64,000 nucleotides of DNA from Chrysomallon squamiferum (taxonomy: Eukaryota > Animalia > Mollusca). The translations under genes and the position numbers were made by a program. A model generated the notes under the pieces. It worked only from the letters and a program-made list of their open reading frames with translations, did no database searches and was not told the origin of the DNA. Shown in pieces: positions 14,968 to 30,341 of this stretch. Position 1 is the stretch's first letter; each line of letters begins with the position of its first letter. Where the stretch lies: contig CM022672.1 in NCBI GenBank assembly GCA_012295275.1, positions 10,106,001-10,170,000 on the forward strand, read 5' to 3'.

Positions 14968-15652
14968 ATTTTTTCAGCCAAATTAACATTGTTGTATATC
15001 TGCATAATTCGTTAGAAAAAAGATCTACGAATATTTTTGTTTTCTTCCATTTTTTTTTTTTTTTTTTTTTGTTCCTGTTCGTTAAGATCTCAGATACAAG
15101 ATCTTCTATAATATCGTATAACACACTAAATATTTATTTATTTATTTAACTTTATTTTTTTTTATATTTTTTTTTTATTTAGTTGTATTAGTGTGTGTGT
15201 GTGTATATTTATGTGTGTGTGTATGTTTGTTTGTGAGGGTTTCTTAAATTATTCTTATTTCTTTCTTATTCTAAATAACTTAATAATACAGAGCATCCTT
15301 TATTCAAAATTCTTGGGTTTCGACTTTAGTTATATAACGAGATGACCAGTTTTTCAACCAGACTAACAATGTTGTACACCTGCATAATTCCTTTTTTTTC
15401 TGTTCATTAAGGACTCAGCTTTGTAGCAATTACAAGATCTTCTTTAATATCGTATAACACACTAAATATTTATTTATTTAACTTAATTTGTGTTTGATTT
15501 AGTTGTATTGTGTGTGTGTGTGTGTGTGTTTGTTTGTTTGTTTTTGAGGGTTTTTAAATTATATTTTTTTATTTTTTATTTTTAATGATTTAATAATACA
15601 GACTGAGCATCGTTTATTCAAAATTCCTAGTTTTCGAATTTAACGAGATAAT
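14968..15652. repeat. Diverged tandem duplication (~380-bp and ~300-bp copies)
   Basis: Blocks shared in the same order between ~14968-15345 and ~15348-15652: tgttgta..ctgcataattc, tacaagatcttct.taatatcgtataacacactaaatatttatttatt, ttagttgtatt(gt)n, gagcatc.tttattcaaaattc, taacgagat. Confidence 0.85.
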
Positions 15653-15968
15653 CTATTTATATAACAGTTTATACATAAAACCTGAATGTCGTGTATATGA
15701 ATCCATCCAAACACTTTCAGTTATCTCCGCTTCTCGTAAAAAGTTCTGGATTTCGGATTTTCGGACAAGGGAACCTCAGAGAATAGCTGTGTTGTTCAAT
15801 CTGAAGCCAGAGTGACATTCAGACCTTCCCGTAGAAATACTTCTACTGCTGCTACTGAATATAAAGATTATCCGAACAAGCTTCAGTCCAAATGATCGCA
15901 GATAAATTTCATCAGTGGCAAATATGTTGACATTAGGGTCAGAATTCTTAAATTCTTTTGTACTGACA

Positions 15969-16004
<36 letters not shown>

Positions 16005-16836
16005 CGTGATTTCATACAAAATGTCTGTTTTTTGCGTGGGTGTCTCAGTTATAATAAATCTAATTTGTGTCTCTGTGTGTCTCTCTCTCTCGTTCATTCT
16101 CATTTCAGTCGAATCAATTTATAGATGGTTTACTATACCTAATTCGTTTAACTTTTTCTCATTTCCCTACATCAAAATGCATGTATGAATTCTGTTATCC
16201 TTTGTGGATTTTTTTAAATTATATTTAAAACATCAAAGTGTTCCATAAACTTTTTTTATCTTTTATTTTAAATAGCGTTTAAGCTATTTATGTGTATTTC
16301 ATAGATTTTTTTTTTTTCATCATGTATTTTATATAACGTTTTAAACCATTTATCTGTACATCATTTTTGGTTTTATAGATTTTTTTTAATTATGCATTTT
16401 AAACTATTTAAATAACCTTTTAACCTTTTATATAACTGTGTTTCATAGATTTTTTAATTTTTTTTATTTTTTATTATTATTATTTTTTTTTTTATCGTGC
16501 ATTTTAAATAACTTTTAGCTCTGAACAACTTTCGTATTTTCATCTAAAATAAACTTACGTGTGTTTCAGAAACCCATCACAAGATTACAAGCGTAAAATC
16601 AGTTACTTGGTATTGAAGATTTTGATTTCTTTGTTTCCGACGATCCAAGTTGACTGATAAGCGTACTTTCAGTCACGCAACATCGCGGACGTCTTCTCTG
16701 TCGTCTCAGTTTTAAACTCGGTTCAGCTACGTGTCAGTTACGAGAGTAGGTCGTTACGGAAATATGTCGTGTGGTCGTAGTAATCTTATATATGTATCTT
16801 AATAAGTAACCTGATCACTTATCATAATAACTGTTG

Positions 16837-16871
<35 letters not shown>

Positions 16872-17034
16872 AACAGCATCAACAAGTATAATGATGTTGC
16901 TGCTGCTGATGATGATAGTATTAATAATAATATTAAGAAGAAGAGTAATAGTCATAACTATATATATAAACAAACTGAAACTGACCCAGTATATAATTAT
17001 AATGGAAAAAAATAAGATCAACTCCACATAATCC

Positions 17035-17345
17035 TATTTGTTGTCTTTGTGTTGCTAATACTAACAGCTGTAGGAGGAATCGGAAAGCAAATTACTTTTA
17101 ATCGCCAATTACTGGTTTTGGGTTCAGCTAATAGAGGTAATATATATACTATCATTATCTTCATCCTTTTCGTGATGTAAGAAACTGCAGCATTCTGTGT
17201 AACTCAGTTACTGCTGTTGCTGTTGTTGTTGTTGGTGGTGGTGGTGGTGTTATTATTGAGGCCAAAGAAGTATTTTTATTATCTAAAATTTTGTGAAATC
17301 TCACGTTGTTGGGGTTTTGTCTTGTTTTATTTATTTATTTATTTA
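17035..17345. repeat. Dispersed direct duplication, copy 1 (partner at ~18630-19035)
   Basis: gaatcggaaagcaaattact..aatcgccaatt..ggttcagctaatagaggtaatatatatact.tcattatcttcatccttttc.tgatgtaagaaactgcagcattctgtgtaac is nearly identical in both places. Confidence 0.88.
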
Positions 17346-17694
17346 TTTATTTATTTTTGTTGTTGTTGATTCTTCTTCTGCTTTATTCTGTTGTTGTTGG
17401 GTTTTTTTTATGGGGGCTGGGGGTTATGCATTACAGGAAAGAGAAGTTATATTTTTATTCGACATTCGGTAGATACATACATTTCATATATTTTTCCAAA
17501 GTTTACCTTTCTCGGCGAGCTCTTCAGTCATGTTGATAAACTGCACGACAGAAAGTACACAGAATCAACGATCATGACTTTGACGGTATTTGTATCTGTT
17601 TATTACGAAACGAATTCCTAAACGACAAACACAGCCATGACATTATTAGTTAAATTATTTGTAATTCCTTGGCAAGATTAAAAATAATAACAAA

Positions 17695-17751
<57 letters not shown>

Positions 17752-18629
17752 GTAATCTTGATGAGGGTAACATCAAAGAGATTTTTGATTACAAATATAA
17801 CGGACACTGTAGACGTCTTTCAAAGGGCAGACAACTTTATGACTTCTGACATTCGAGGCAGACAGACACATATTTATAACCTTTCTGTGCTGAAGTTTCT
17901 GATAACTGTCAGCGTATAACAAAACATTTATTACCTCTTGTCACATCTTAAGTATGGCGACGGCGAAAGGGCTAAATAAGAATTATTCTATTTTTATGTA
18001 TCATGCCAGATTCAGCAACTTGCGTAACCAAATTTTGCTGACGTCTTTTTTTTTTTTTCGGGCTTATTTATTTATTTATTTATTGTTTGTTTGTTTGTTT
18101 GTTTGTCTATTTTGTATATCAATGTATTTACCTGTCTCTGTTCATATTATCAATTCAAATGTACGTGTAAATGCCTATCTATTTATCTGTATATCTATAT
18201 GTAAGTTTATCTATCTAACTGCCTATCTGTTTATCGCTCTATCTATCAGCTAGTTTATCTATCTATCTATCCATCTATCTATCTATCTATGTATTTGTCT
18301 GTCTATCTGTATATCCATATATCTATATATCTGTCTAGCTATCTGTCGGCATATCTTGGTTAATCTATCTGTCTATCTGTCTATCTGTCTATCTTTCTGT
18401 CTACATACTCACCCATTTATCTGTCTATCTGTATCAATCTGCTTGTCTGTCTCTCTGCATAAGTACTGTCTTTCTGTCTATGTTATGTATTTATGTATGT
18501 TTTTTTTATCTGCAGAATACTAACTCTTCAAAATATATTTTGTAATACAAGTCAACCTCTACTGGCTATAATAACGACCTTGACCTTAATTTTATTTTCA
18601 TAATTTTATTTTTATTTATTTATTTTCAT

Positions 18630-18993
18630 CCTAATTATTGTTTTTGTGCTGCTAAAACTTACAGCTATGCAAAGAATCGGAAAGCAAATTACTTGTAATC
18701 GCCAATTTCTGGTTTCGGGTTCAGCTAATAGAGGTAATATATATACTGTCATTATCTTCATCCTTTTCATGATGTAAGAAACTGCAGCATTCTGTGTAAC
18801 ATAGTCAAGGCCTCTTGATAATGAAATCAAATACAAAAAGTTGTCGCCGTTGTTATGATTGACGTTATTATCGTCTTCTTGTTATTTAATTATTAATGCT
18901 GCTGCTGCTGGTGGTGCTGTTACTGCTGAGGCCAAAAGCAATATTTTTGTTATTAAAAAATTTCTGAAAATTCATGTTGTTGGGATTTTTTTT

Positions 18994-19035
<42 letters not shown>
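18630..19035. repeat. Dispersed direct duplication, copy 2 (partner at ~17035-17345)
   Basis: Same ~125-bp core as copy 1, followed by a shared gaggccaaa...gttgttggg block. This copy has extra sequence between the two blocks. Confidence 0.88.
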
Positions 19036-19036
<1 letters not shown>

Positions 19037-19266
19037 TTGTTGCTGCTGCTGCTTTGCTGTTTCTGTTTCTTTTCTCTGATGTTGTTGTTTTCATATTTTT
19101 TGTTTGTTTTGTTTGTTTGTTATTGGATTGTTTTTTGGTGTGTTTTTTGCTTCTTTTTTTTTTTTTTTTTTTTTTTTTTTTCGTTATTTTCATTTTTTTT
19201 TTTTTTTTTTTTTCTGCTTTGTTTTCATTCGTGTTTTTGTGGGAGGGTTGTTTGTGTGATTCTTCC

Positions 19267-19298
<32 letters not shown>

Positions 19299-19924
19299 GT
19301 TGTGACATACTTGTTATTTCTGCTACATTAATGTTACTGTGCTAAGTAGTCAGTGATACTGTCGTTCTTAACGTCTTCATCTTCATTTTCATTGTCATCA
19401 TATCTTGATTACGTAATAACGTGATGTGTATAAAAGTTCAAAAAGGTGATATAATAATCTCACTGTTTGCTGAGTGTTCTACACAAAACTTAATTTCTTT
19501 TTTTTTTTTTTTTTTCCTTTTCAAATACAATGGAAACCTCTCTATCACAATTTCATTTTTCATTACATTTTGATTCTTTATGTGTTCAGATATATTTTCA
19601 AAGAGTAAAAAAAAAAAAAAAAAAAAAAAAAATGTACGTGGGAGAAACAATGTATTTTTGTTTTTTTTTAATTAACTTTATAAAAATTTTAATCGATTTA
19701 GTGTCTGCGCGCACATATGTGTTTTGGTTTTTGCATGTGTTTGAGTTTGAGCGAGTGCGTGGGATCGGTGAGCGCTGAGCTCTGAGTTAAACTAGAATGT
19801 ACAGCAAAAGCAGTCTGTGTCAGAGATTTTAACACACTTTAATATGTGTGTGTGTGTGTGTGTGTGTCTCCATACACATACGAAATATTTTTAAAATTTT
19901 GTTTCCTTAACAAAAATTACAATC

Positions 19925-19976
<52 letters not shown>

Positions 19977-21620
19977 CAATGACAATAACAGTAATAATGA
20001 CAATGATTATAATAAACACGAAGTTAAATTATATATTTCATTAACATAATTTCTCTTTTTCAGAAACAACTGTTTTAATGTAACATAGATTAAAATTAGT
20101 ATTATATTCAAAACTGACCAGCTACTACTGAACATTAAATACAAATCAAAAATGAATTTAAATCGAACGAAAATATTTAAGTAAACTAAATAATTTACAC
20201 CAAAAAAATCAACTACATTAAAAAATAATCTACAGATTAAAACGAAAAAGGAATATAAATAATAACCAAAGTAAAATTTAAGACAAACTATAAGATACAC
20301 CAGATTAAAACAAGCTAACATTTAAACCGAAGAATTTATTTTGAAAATGCGATTTAAAAAGTGAATATTTCTTCTCTAAAAATTCATTTATTACCGGAAA
20401 TTCTTTATTATTTATTTATTTATTTGAATTCTCTCTCACTTCTTAATTGTCAGCACTGGAAGACAAGCGGGTTTTTTCTCTAGCTGTAACTGGAGTTCAG
20501 TAAAACGAAGATCGGTGAAATTCATCCAGTGTTTTTACGTGTTTTCTTCCACAGCGTAGGCGATCTCAAATAATCGAAATAAAATAAACTGGGCAGGCAA
20601 AGCAACGACAGATGAATCTGCGGTGACGTGATAATGGAAACCTCCTCCACCACGAAGAACAGATCAGTATTCTAAAAAAAAAAAAAAATATCTTCAAAAT
20701 TTAAATATATGTATATTATATAATATTATGTTAAGAAATTTTAGAATAGTTCGAACACACAGTTCTTTATATAGAGAGAAACGTGCATATATGCATCATG
20801 CATACATACATACTATCATATACATACATACATACATACATACATACATTCATACATACATTCATAATACATACATACATACATACATACATATTACTAA
20901 CACACGATACAAGTGTATTTCTGAGAAATCTATCATTTGAAATTTGACATATTATTTCTTCCACAGAACAAAGATTATTCTTTAATTAATAGGAGTATGA
21001 ATAATTATAATGATGGTGGTGGTGGTGATGGTAATGATGATGATGATAATGACTTCTACGACAATGACAAAAAAATGAAAGATAAAAAATTACGAAAATT
21101 AAGGTCCCGTAGGTAATCTATAGCATGCGTTTGTAATAATGCAACGTACTGACACATTTACCCTTCAAGAAGAAGAAAACAACAACAATAAATAAGAAAA
21201 GAAAAACAAATTAAACTAGATAAAGCTGTTTTAACCTACATATATTTTTGTACAATGTCTGACACGTATATTCAGTTTCTGACAAGCGTGTGATGGCTTT
21301 AACACATTCTTCTTCCTGCATCTTGGCAAAGAAGTGATTTCAACAAACACCCAGCTGTTTTCTGCATCAGCTAACGAAACAGTTTCACAGCGCTAATTCC
21401 GTCAGAGAGACAACCCTGCGCTCAGATACGTACACTGGAATTTCCGAAACGAAGAGAGTCAAAGAGAAAAATGTGACAGAAACTCAGCACGTTGCGTCAG
21501 TGGTTAAAACGACCGACTTCTTTCTTAATTTCTTCTGTCGTGTGGACATTTCTTTTAATCTTTTTATTTTTCTTCATGTTTTGTTGGCCTTTATTTTTTA
21601 TTTTTTACATACTTACATAC

Positions 21621-21651
<31 letters not shown>

Positions 21652-21991
21652 CATACATACATACATACATACATACATACATACATACATACATACATGC
21701 ATATATGTATGTGTATGTATATGTGGGTATGTCTGTGGAGGTGTATGTGTATGAATGTGTACACATATATCTATGTACACGTATATATGTATGTATTCGT
21801 ATGTATGTGTATGTAAGTACATATATATGTCTGTTTATGAATATATTTTATGTATGTTTTTGTTTGTGTATACATGTATGTATATGTATGTGCATTTGTA
21901 TGTCGATGTTTATGTACATAAATATGTGTATGCGTGTGGGTGTATGTATATATCTATATATATATATATATATGCACATACATGTGTGTGG

Positions 21992-22062
21992 GTGTTTATA
22001 TATGTGTACAGGTGCGTTTATATATGTGTACAGGTGTGTTTATATATGTGTACAGGTGTGTT
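21992..22062. repeat. 22-bp tandem repeat x3
   Basis: gtgtttatatatgtgtacaggt repeated three times, with one substitution. Confidence 0.85.
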
Positions 22063-23915
22063 CAATTAGGCCTTCAGCTGATTTCCTCTCATGTTGTTAT
22101 TACCATACATTCATGCTTGACACCTGATAATTATTATTATATGCTGAGATGTTCATTCATTCAGATATTTGAATACAACTGATATTTTCAGTCGCAGAAA
22201 AAGCTGAGTCATCTTATTTTCGCAATTAACAACAACAAATACGAACAATACAGTGAGAAGTCATTCATTCGTTCTTTCGTTCGTTCCTTCTTTAATTCAG
22301 CTATACTAGACCCTCTCCAGTTCCATTTAATAACAAATTTACCCCGGATCATCTACAACCACACCGACCTTTCTAACAATGCCAGTTACTGTTAGTTTCT
22401 TCTCCAAAGTTTTTCTGTGGAAATGCGCTGCCGTCAGTGCTCGTATTAATTAACGTTTGAGAATTTTTCTCTGACTGTCGTAAAATCAGTGATCAGACAG
22501 TCTGGTAGCTGTCACACTCTATATTCTCCAACAGCATCACGCACAGAGCACGTTTCATTACATTTCTAGAGTTAACGTCTAGCGTACTGGGTTTTTGTGG
22601 GTTTTTCTACGTTTAACTTTCTTCGTCGTACCGGGTTGCCCTCTTTGAACTGACCAGATTGACGTAAATAAAGACAGACGTTGACTTTTATAGATCTAGG
22701 GTAACACGGCGTTGAAGACAGGAAGAAAGATGTTTCTTTATCAAGCAAGAAAAATGTTTTTCAGTGAATTGGTGGAAATTGTTTCTCAGTGACTGGTGGA
22801 AATCTTGTTTTGGTAGTCAACCTCTCTCTCAACACGATCTCTATTGTTTTCAAGACAACCCGTGAACTGGAAGCAGAGAGGATGGTATCGTGTTTGCTGT
22901 TTCTTAACAAGTTTCATTCCAGCACTAAATAACTTTTTTTTTTTTTTTTTTTTTTTTTTCAGGCATAATAAATGTAGCGTAAAGCAACACAAGTCTGATG
23001 TTTCTTTTCAAATACCTGTATTTTTGTATCGACTAAAACTGATTTGTATGTGTGTGTGGGTAGGTGTGAGTGTGTGATTTATTTTTTTTTTTTTTTTTTT
23101 TTTTTTTTTCCTTTCTTTTCTTACTTTTTTTTAAAATTCATTTATTTATTTACTTACTTACTTACTTACTTTTTATTTACTATTATTATTATTATTTATT
23201 TATTTTTTATTTTATTTTATTTTATTTTATTTTTTTTTTTTTTTTTTTGTTTTATGTTTTGCTGTTATTGTTTTCGGTGTGGTGACTGCATATAATTTAT
23301 ATTTTGAAGCTAAGTATACTAATAATATTGCTCATGTTTTTTTTTTTTTTGTTGTTGTTTTTTTGTTAATATTGCAATTTCTATTTGCGTTGGTACATTA
23401 GATGATGCTCGAGAGATGAAATAACATAACAGCTTAATTTCTTCTGATCTTAAAACGTTATAAAATAATTTTAAAACACGACTACACCATTACTATATTT
23501 ATTGCTACCAGTATCCAGTGAGCTGCTTGTGTTAAAACCTTCATCCTTACATTTATAAGTTAAACAAATAACAGAAATAAATAATAGTTACATTGCTGTA
23601 AATAAAAATTATATATCGATTTTCTTTTTTCCTTTCTACTCTTTTTTCGACGATGCGTTCAGAATGATATCATTTAAGAGATGGATTCGATTCCAAATGT
23701 GATTCATTTCCTACCAGGCTTTTTGTAATAAAACCGCTTATAATATACCTCTTTTCACCGAGATCATGAACCAAACAAAATTTTATTAGTAATTTCCTCA
23801 ATGTTTAAAATTAAAAAATATCGATTGGATTAATAATTCTGTACGTTGTAAAGCTCGTAGTAAATAATTAGAAATAAAGCAAAATTTACTTTGAACTGAA
23901 TTAAAAGTATTCTTA

Positions 23916-23948
<33 letters not shown>

Positions 23949-23966
23949 AGTAAAATATAACAGTAA

Positions 23967-23997
<31 letters not shown>

Positions 23998-24684
23998 CGT
24001 AGTAGTAGTAATAGTAGTAGTAATTGTAGTAGTAGAAGTAGTAGAAGTATTTGTAGTTATGGTAGTAGTGGTAGTAGTAATAAAAGTAATACATGCAATA
24101 ATAATATTAATAATAATAATAGTTGTAGTAGTAGAGTAATAGTAGTAGTAATAGTATGTAGTAGTGTTAACAGAACTAATAACAGAAAGAGTAATAGTTG
24201 TAGCAGTATTAACAGAATAACAGAAAGAGTAATAGTTGTAGTAGTAACATGAGGAGGAGTAGGAGTAGTAGTAGCAATAGTAGTAATAATGATGAGAATG
24301 ATCAAGGTGATCATGAAGATAAAGGTGATGATGATGATGATGATGGTGGTGAGAAAGAAGAAAAAATAATACATTTCACTGAATGATAAATATACTGACT
24401 GATAAGAAATTCGTCTTAGTGTTGTGGCTGTTGTGGCTGGGGACGTAGGTAAACTGTTATAAATGGTCCTAAAATGAGTTCCACGTCGCGGGACTTGTTG
24501 ATGTGTACTGATTAGGATCTCTCTACGTCCCCGTACTCGTTGATTGCTCTTTTTACCTGGTTGACGATGTGTGCAGTGAATATGTAACAACGAACTAATT
24601 CTGAACCACAGTGCAGTTGTTAGCGCTAAACGCTCGTTTCAGTGGTTATGTTGTTGGTATTACAAATAAATAAAAAATATATAT

Positions 24685-24725
<41 letters not shown>

Positions 24726-26743
24726 ATTTAAATGATAAACAACAAAACCTACGTTTTAACGGCTCTGGTGTAAATCTGTCTGTCGGTACGTCGTCTGTGT
24801 GTCTGTTTGTCTCCACTGTGTTTATGTCTGGATGTTAATTATATATATATATATTAATACAACTAACTATTCAATTTAAAAGTTGCATAACATTTTATTT
24901 TTTTCCACAGGTCAGTAATATATTAACTGTTTCCATAATTCATTTCTACGATTCATTTTGAAAGCAAAATATACAATAATGACAGTATGTCAATAACTTA
25001 ATATAAAAAACTATTACAGTATACACAAAATATTAAATATTCTAAGAGCGGTGTGTATATATATATATATATATAAAAACAGAAAAATAAAACACAGAAT
25101 TAAAATAATAAATAGACAAACAGAATAGTAAATAAGTAAAGAAAGAAAAAAATGGTGAAAAATTAAGAAGGAAAGCAAACGAAGGTGATTTATTTTAAAC
25201 AATATTTCCACATATAAAAATACTACCCAGGACAGTAATCCTTTAAAATAGCAGAAACCAATACCAGCGAAATAAAACAATCAAACTTATGAGAAAAAGA
25301 AACAATAACCATAAAATAAAAGAATATACACTAACAAGCCACTGATAATGACAATGACTTTATTCTCATAAACTGTATTCTCAAATGACTGTATTACAGA
25401 TATATAATAACAAAAACAAAATTAAAATGCGTGGAAGTTTAAAGTTGAGGACATACTCTCAGTATAGATAAAGTTCTTATTAACAAACAGACCTTTTTAT
25501 AATGTAAATATATTTTTAATCTTTCTCAGTTGATACCCCAAACAGTAATGCTAGAATACAGACGCTTCTCATTTGATTGGTACAGAAAGCACAGTTCACA
25601 CTGCAATGTTAAACTCGTAAACCAATTAGTTTTTTTGTACCAAGACTTTCATAATTCGGCAAACCTGTACCACACAAAATAGAGTGTTGTACGTCCCGGG
25701 TCGACACCAGTGTTGTTACATTGACGAGGTCACGGGGTCACCTCGGCTAGACGAAGAGGTGTGACTCGTTTTCCAAATGTCCAATTAATTAACTAGCAAA
25801 CAATCCACCGCAGGGTTTGAATACACACAGTTCCAGCACTTATTCATTTCTATACAACAAACCATAGTATTCACTGTCTGACAGACACACATACCGACTG
25901 ACCCTGTCACAGACGTCTTAGACCAAAGATAAATAATTTGATTTAATTAGTTCGAATGAACTGAGAATGCAATGTAACGTGTTTTATTGAAATCTGATAA
26001 ATCTGTTTTAATAAAGTAAAGAGGTCCATTTCCTTCCAGTTATTCGGTTTTCACATGTTGCATCTTTCTTGTGTGGACATTTTATTAACAAATAACTGTT
26101 ATATTGTTTGTTTATGTGACATTAGTGAAACCAGCACAATATAATCCTTTAAATTTAAATAACAGAGGAAATTAACTTAGAAAGTTCTATTTTTTTATTC
26201 TTTTCCCAATAAAAGTTCTTTTCAAGTGAAACAATTAATTAATAAGTAACATTTGTACAGTGAAAAATGTATTTTTGATTATTATTGACGAATAATGTTA
26301 GAAAAAGACCTGCTAAATAGTTAATTCAAGGGACACAACTCTGATATTATTATATTGAAAATTTATTTACCGATTAATTCCCTTTCTCATTTTATTTACG
26401 TACTATTTTGTGTGTGACTATTGTATATACGTATGTATGTATGTATGTATGTATGTATGTATGTATGTATGTATGTATGTACGTACGTATATATGTATAT
26501 ACGTATGTATGTATGTATGTATGTACGTATGTGTATGTGTATGTATGTATGTATGTACATACGTACGTATGTTTTCATTATCGAAAATTATTACATTGTT
26601 TGTTTTGGATGTCAAAGAGCGAATAAACAGAGAATAAGAGAAAAGAAGAAAAATGAAAACTCGCTTTTAATCCACGACTGTTTAAGATTGAAAAAACAGA
26701 AAACTGCAGATAGACTAGACTAGAGTTTCTGATAGTAATCGTT

Positions 26744-26842
26744 GGCTATTCTTTTATTTTAATTAGCAGCAAGTCCCACAGACAGCAAACCAAATTTCAT
26801 AGCTTTCGATAAACTAGTAGTTTCTAACTATCTGGAACGGGA
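26744..26842 (+). mobile_element. Degenerate fragment of an interspersed (SINE-like) repeat
   Basis: Shares attagcagcaag...tccca with 34090-34180 and ctggaacgg with ~60395. It resembles a gastropod high-copy repeat I recall but cannot verify here. Confidence 0.4.
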
Positions 26843-28146
26843 TATTAATAAATAAATAAATAAATGAGTAAATAAATAAATATATATAAATAAATAAATA
26901 AATAAATAAGTAAATAAATAAATAATGATAAAATAAATAAAAAATATATACATAAATAAATAAATAAAATACAAACAAGCAAATAAATAAATAAATGAAA
27001 AAGTATATAAATAAATAAATAAATAAATAAATAAATCAAATACAAATTATCAAATAAATATAAAAATAACTAAAGCAGCACACTATTACAGCACAACACG
27101 GTACAACATAACACAACACAAATGTTTCTATGTAACAAAAACCTATCACCATAGTAACAATAATTTGCAATTACTACATATTAAACTGTCGATGATCGAA
27201 AACAAAAAGGTCTCTACGCCGGGGATTTTATAACTTAACTTCGAGTCAAGTTTTCAATTAAACGAAGTAATGCCACACAGAATTAAATGAGTTTTATCGA
27301 TCTGGACTAAATAAACATAATTAGAACAAAGGGTGTGTCCTTGTTGCAGAAGAAAATCAGTATCATTCTACGTTAACCTAGCCGTACCTTTTTGTACTTA
27401 GAAATTAATGTTTTCGTCGACTCTGTAGGGTTGAGTATACGTGTGCGTGTGCATGTGTGTGTATACATGTATGTATATGCACATAAATCACATATATATA
27501 TATATGTACGTGAGTAAACACATACATAATCCTTCATATTTACCAGATAGCGAACCCACAATGTCACTGATTAGATGAAGCCTATATATTTATCTAGACC
27601 TTACAATTTTAATCTTTAATTAACCTAAAAAAAAAACTAAACCTTTAATCTCTGACTTAAAGTCTATAAGCAATATAAAGCTTGGACTGCTCTAGTTAAA
27701 AGTATTTGTGGTGATTTTATTGTCATTTTTTTTCATTAAGATTCTTTCAATGTAGCTTTTATCGCTTATGTCTATATCCGACGCAACCTTTAAAAATGTT
27801 TTTTCTGTCCCCGTACAAATCGTACATGAAAATAATTCCTTTCCTAATTCCAGAGTATATTGATCAGTTACTTTGGTAATTGTTCTTTGCAGTCAAACTT
27901 ATTTAGGTATTGGAACTGTAAAAGTTTTTATACAGATAAGTAATAATTACAGAGTAATGTTCAATTTATTTTTTTCCATTATTATTTCTCTTTTATATCT
28001 TTGCCTTTATTCAAGCAAAAGTTGTTTAATTTGTTACCTTGGTAACTGGTTGAAGCAGTAATTCAACATGCATCGATTTGTGATGAGTAGTCTATTAACA
28101 AAGCAATGACGAGAAAGAATAAATAAGATTTCAAAAACTATATATT

Positions 28147-28240
<94 letters not shown>

Positions 28241-30341
28241 AGACAAAGACAGCTTTTCTATTATGTGCATGATGGGCAAAACTAAATAAATTCATCTAAT
28301 TTTATAATTAATTGTATTTACTGTAGCGTTATGAATTTTACGTATCCAGGGATTGATTTGGACAGGTGCAAATCCAGGCTTTCGGCAAAAGTTAATTAAC
28401 ACATCTGATCACACATGCCATTCAAACGTTAACGTGCGTCCTGCACACAAAGCTCACAGTTTCGAATACCTTCTTTCACAATGTCCGCCACGTTGAATAT
28501 CTTTTGATAACAGTTAATAGCATTTTTAAACATGCGTTTTGTTTGTAACAATAAAACTGTGACGAGAAGAAATAATAAATAAAAATTCGTAAGATTTGTT
28601 TATTTGTTGTTTGTTTGTTGTTGTGTTTTTTTGTGGTATTTTTTTGTTGTTGTAGTTTTAGTTGTTTTTGTTGTTTTTGTTTATATTATAAATACAGATT
28701 AATTTGTCTTCTGGCTAAGATAATTTACTGACTAACGTCCTTAATTTGCTCAATATATTGTCAGCATGATAGATCTATATCCATTCAGTTACATATGTAT
28801 AGACATATGTGTGTGTGTGTATATGTATATATATATATAAGTTAGAGAGATAGATAGATAAATATAGATATAGATATACAAATACATATACATATACATA
28901 CATACCTCTATCTATAATATATATGTGTTTCTGTGCATGTATCTGTGTGAGTTGTCTGTCTGGGTCTGTCCATCGGTATGACGGTCTGTCTGTATATGTG
29001 TATACATATATATATATGGATGGATGGATGGATATGTACTATAAGTAATTAATATACTTTAAAACTTTAAACAGACACTTGAACACACACATGCGCAGAG
29101 ATACGTTCAAACTTACTCGCAAACAAACACAAACGTATAATTATAGTAAGAACATAAAAGAAACAATGGAAAAGATCAACCTTGATTCACCCTCGTCTGT
29201 CGGATGTGACAAACAACTCTGGAAAGACTGTCTATGCGGATTAGGAATGGTTTAGCTGGAAGCATTGATTTCTGAAAATCCTGCGATGAACATTAGTGAA
29301 ACTGTTTACCAAGTGTTCTTCGGGAAAAGCTTTAGTTAATTAATCAATTTCCTGTCTTTTCAGTGGACTGCTTGATTATAACTGCTAGACTTTATTAGTG
29401 GAAAAGCTTGACCATTAGTCCAGAACATAATTAAATAAAAGATGCATGTGATCGTTTATTTATAATAAAGAACTTTGTAATGATCACTGGTACTGTAGCA
29501 AAAACTAATTCAATTACTTTTTATTACCTCACTATTAATATATTTAGCCATTATCATTAGTACTACTACTAGTGCTACTAGAATTATTACAAATACTCCT
29601 TCTAAAACTGCTACTCCTAGAAACACTACTGCAACTACCACTACCATCACTACTACTACCACTATAACTACTACTATTCTACAATTACTGCTATACTACA
29701 ATTATTACTACTACTGCTATCACTACTAATATACTACTGATGCTGCTGCTATTACTATTAGTATATAATTAGGAAATAAACATTCAGAAAACAAACAAAA
29801 TAATATATACTAATTTAGTATGATATATTTTTATTAAGTAATTTGTTTTTCTTCTGTAACAGAAATATAATATATATATAGTTATTTGTTGTAATAATTA
29901 CAACACTCAGTTAAAATATTAATAAATTTAATTTAAAAAATAAGCATCGCTAAAATTGTAAAAATGCATCCGGCAATTGTTAAATATACTTACATACATT
30001 TAAACATATATACATATTTGTAGACATAAGCAATTACATATATACATATGCATACATACATAGGTACGTATATGCGAAGGTGTATATACGTAAATATGTA
30101 AGCTAACAATATAAATAAGAGATCAAAATAAATACATTTTCAAATACAGTGATTCATATTCTGTGGATTTTCTGATGACTGTTTTGAGCGTAACTTAACG
30201 ATGTTATAAACTATATTTGTTTTTAAATAAATAAATAAAAATATATTATTTAATGCCAATTAGCCTTTTATAAACACACGCACACATACATATACATACT
30301 TACGTACAAATCATCCTCATACACAAAATACACAAAAATAA

